DNA of 64,000 nt from Torpedo marmorata. Its lineage: Eukaryota. Of this stretch, positions 63,278 through 64,000 are shown in pieces. The stretch spans positions 15,624,001 to 15,688,000 of the forward strand of contig OZ360246.1 in the NCBI GenBank assembly GCA_977017645.1, read 5' to 3'. The notes beneath the pieces were generated by a model. The model was not told the DNA's origin, ran no database searches, and was given only the letters and a program-made list of their open reading frames with translations. The position numbers were made by a program, and so were the translations under genes. How positions within the stretch are numbered: the stretch's first letter is position 1; each line of letters begins with the position of its first letter.

Positions 63278-63395
63278 CATAGAGTCGTAGAGTTTTACAG
63301 TATGGAAACAGGCCCTTTGGCTCTACGTGTCCATGCTGACTAAGTTGTCCACCCAAACAACTCTCATTTACCTGCATTCAGCCCGCATCCTTTCC
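63278..63395 (-). mobile_element. CR1/SINE-type 3' tail fragment
   Basis: CATAGAGTCGTAGAG...ACAGTATGGAAACAGGCCCTTTGG. Confidence 0.7.
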
Positions 63396-63419
63396 TCTCC
63401 ATTCCTTCTCCACCCTTTG

Positions 63420-63878
63420 TCCTGGACACAGCCCAGTGCATCACAGGCAAAACTCTCCCCATCATTGAGAAAATCTACATGGAACGCTGCTGTTGGAGAG
63501 CATCATCAAGGATCTACACAACCCTCCCTGTTCTCACTGCTGCCATCAGGAAAGAGGTATCGGTGCCACAAGACTCGTACCACCAGGTTCAGGAACAGCT
63601 GCTACCCCTCCACCATCAGACTCCTAAACAACAGACTCAATCAGAGACTCATTTAAGGACTCTTACTTTACACATTATTTGTTATTGAATATTTATTTTC
63701 TGTATTTCAATGTTTTTTTGCACTTCCTTCTTGTTTACATTTCTCTCTTTTGTATACATATCTTTTCTTGAGTAGTTTTTTTTTTATAATAGAAATTCTG
63801 CCTGGCCAGCAAGAAAAAGAATCTCAGGGTTGTATGTGATGTCATGTATGTACTCTGACAATAAATCTGAATTTTGAA
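63420..63878 (+). mobile_element. Rex1/Babar LINE 3' fragment (family B)
   Basis: LFSLLPSGKRYRCHKTRTTRFRNSCYPSTIRLLN; tail CTGACAATAAATCTGAA. Confidence 0.92.
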
Positions 63879-64000
63879 CATTATGACTGCAGCCATAGAC
63901 TACCAAAGACCCATTGACTTACCACTTGAAATGTCAATAATAATGATTCTCACCTCTCAGGTGTTCAGTTTATTTTGAATCAAGACTATAACAAAGTCTG

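Overview
Vertebrate, gene-poor, repeat-rich DNA, most likely intronic or intergenic. The repeat set (V-domain tRNA SINEs with CR1-like tails, CR1, Rex1/Babar, Penelope GIY-YIG remnants, an L1/Tx1 tail) points to a cartilaginous fish, probably a ray; this is inference. I recognise no intact protein-coding gene. The longer ORFs with recognisable products are broken LINE ORF2 pieces, and a few small + strand exon candidates cannot be named. Five structures stand out. (1) A 112-bp Penelope-derived unit with a minimal hammerhead-ribozyme motif, flanked by a 12-bp target-site duplication (TSD), plus palindromic versions of the same unit. (2) A 5S rRNA-headed SINE in two copies whose 3' end has the architecture of the local Rex1 LINE tails. 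(3) Two Tc2-type MITEs with central hairpins, one about 240 bp long and CpG-rich. (4) A composite hAT element with an 8-bp TSD. (5) Three hAT MITEs stacked with 8-bp spacers. Coordinates were read by eye and TE boundaries are approximate.
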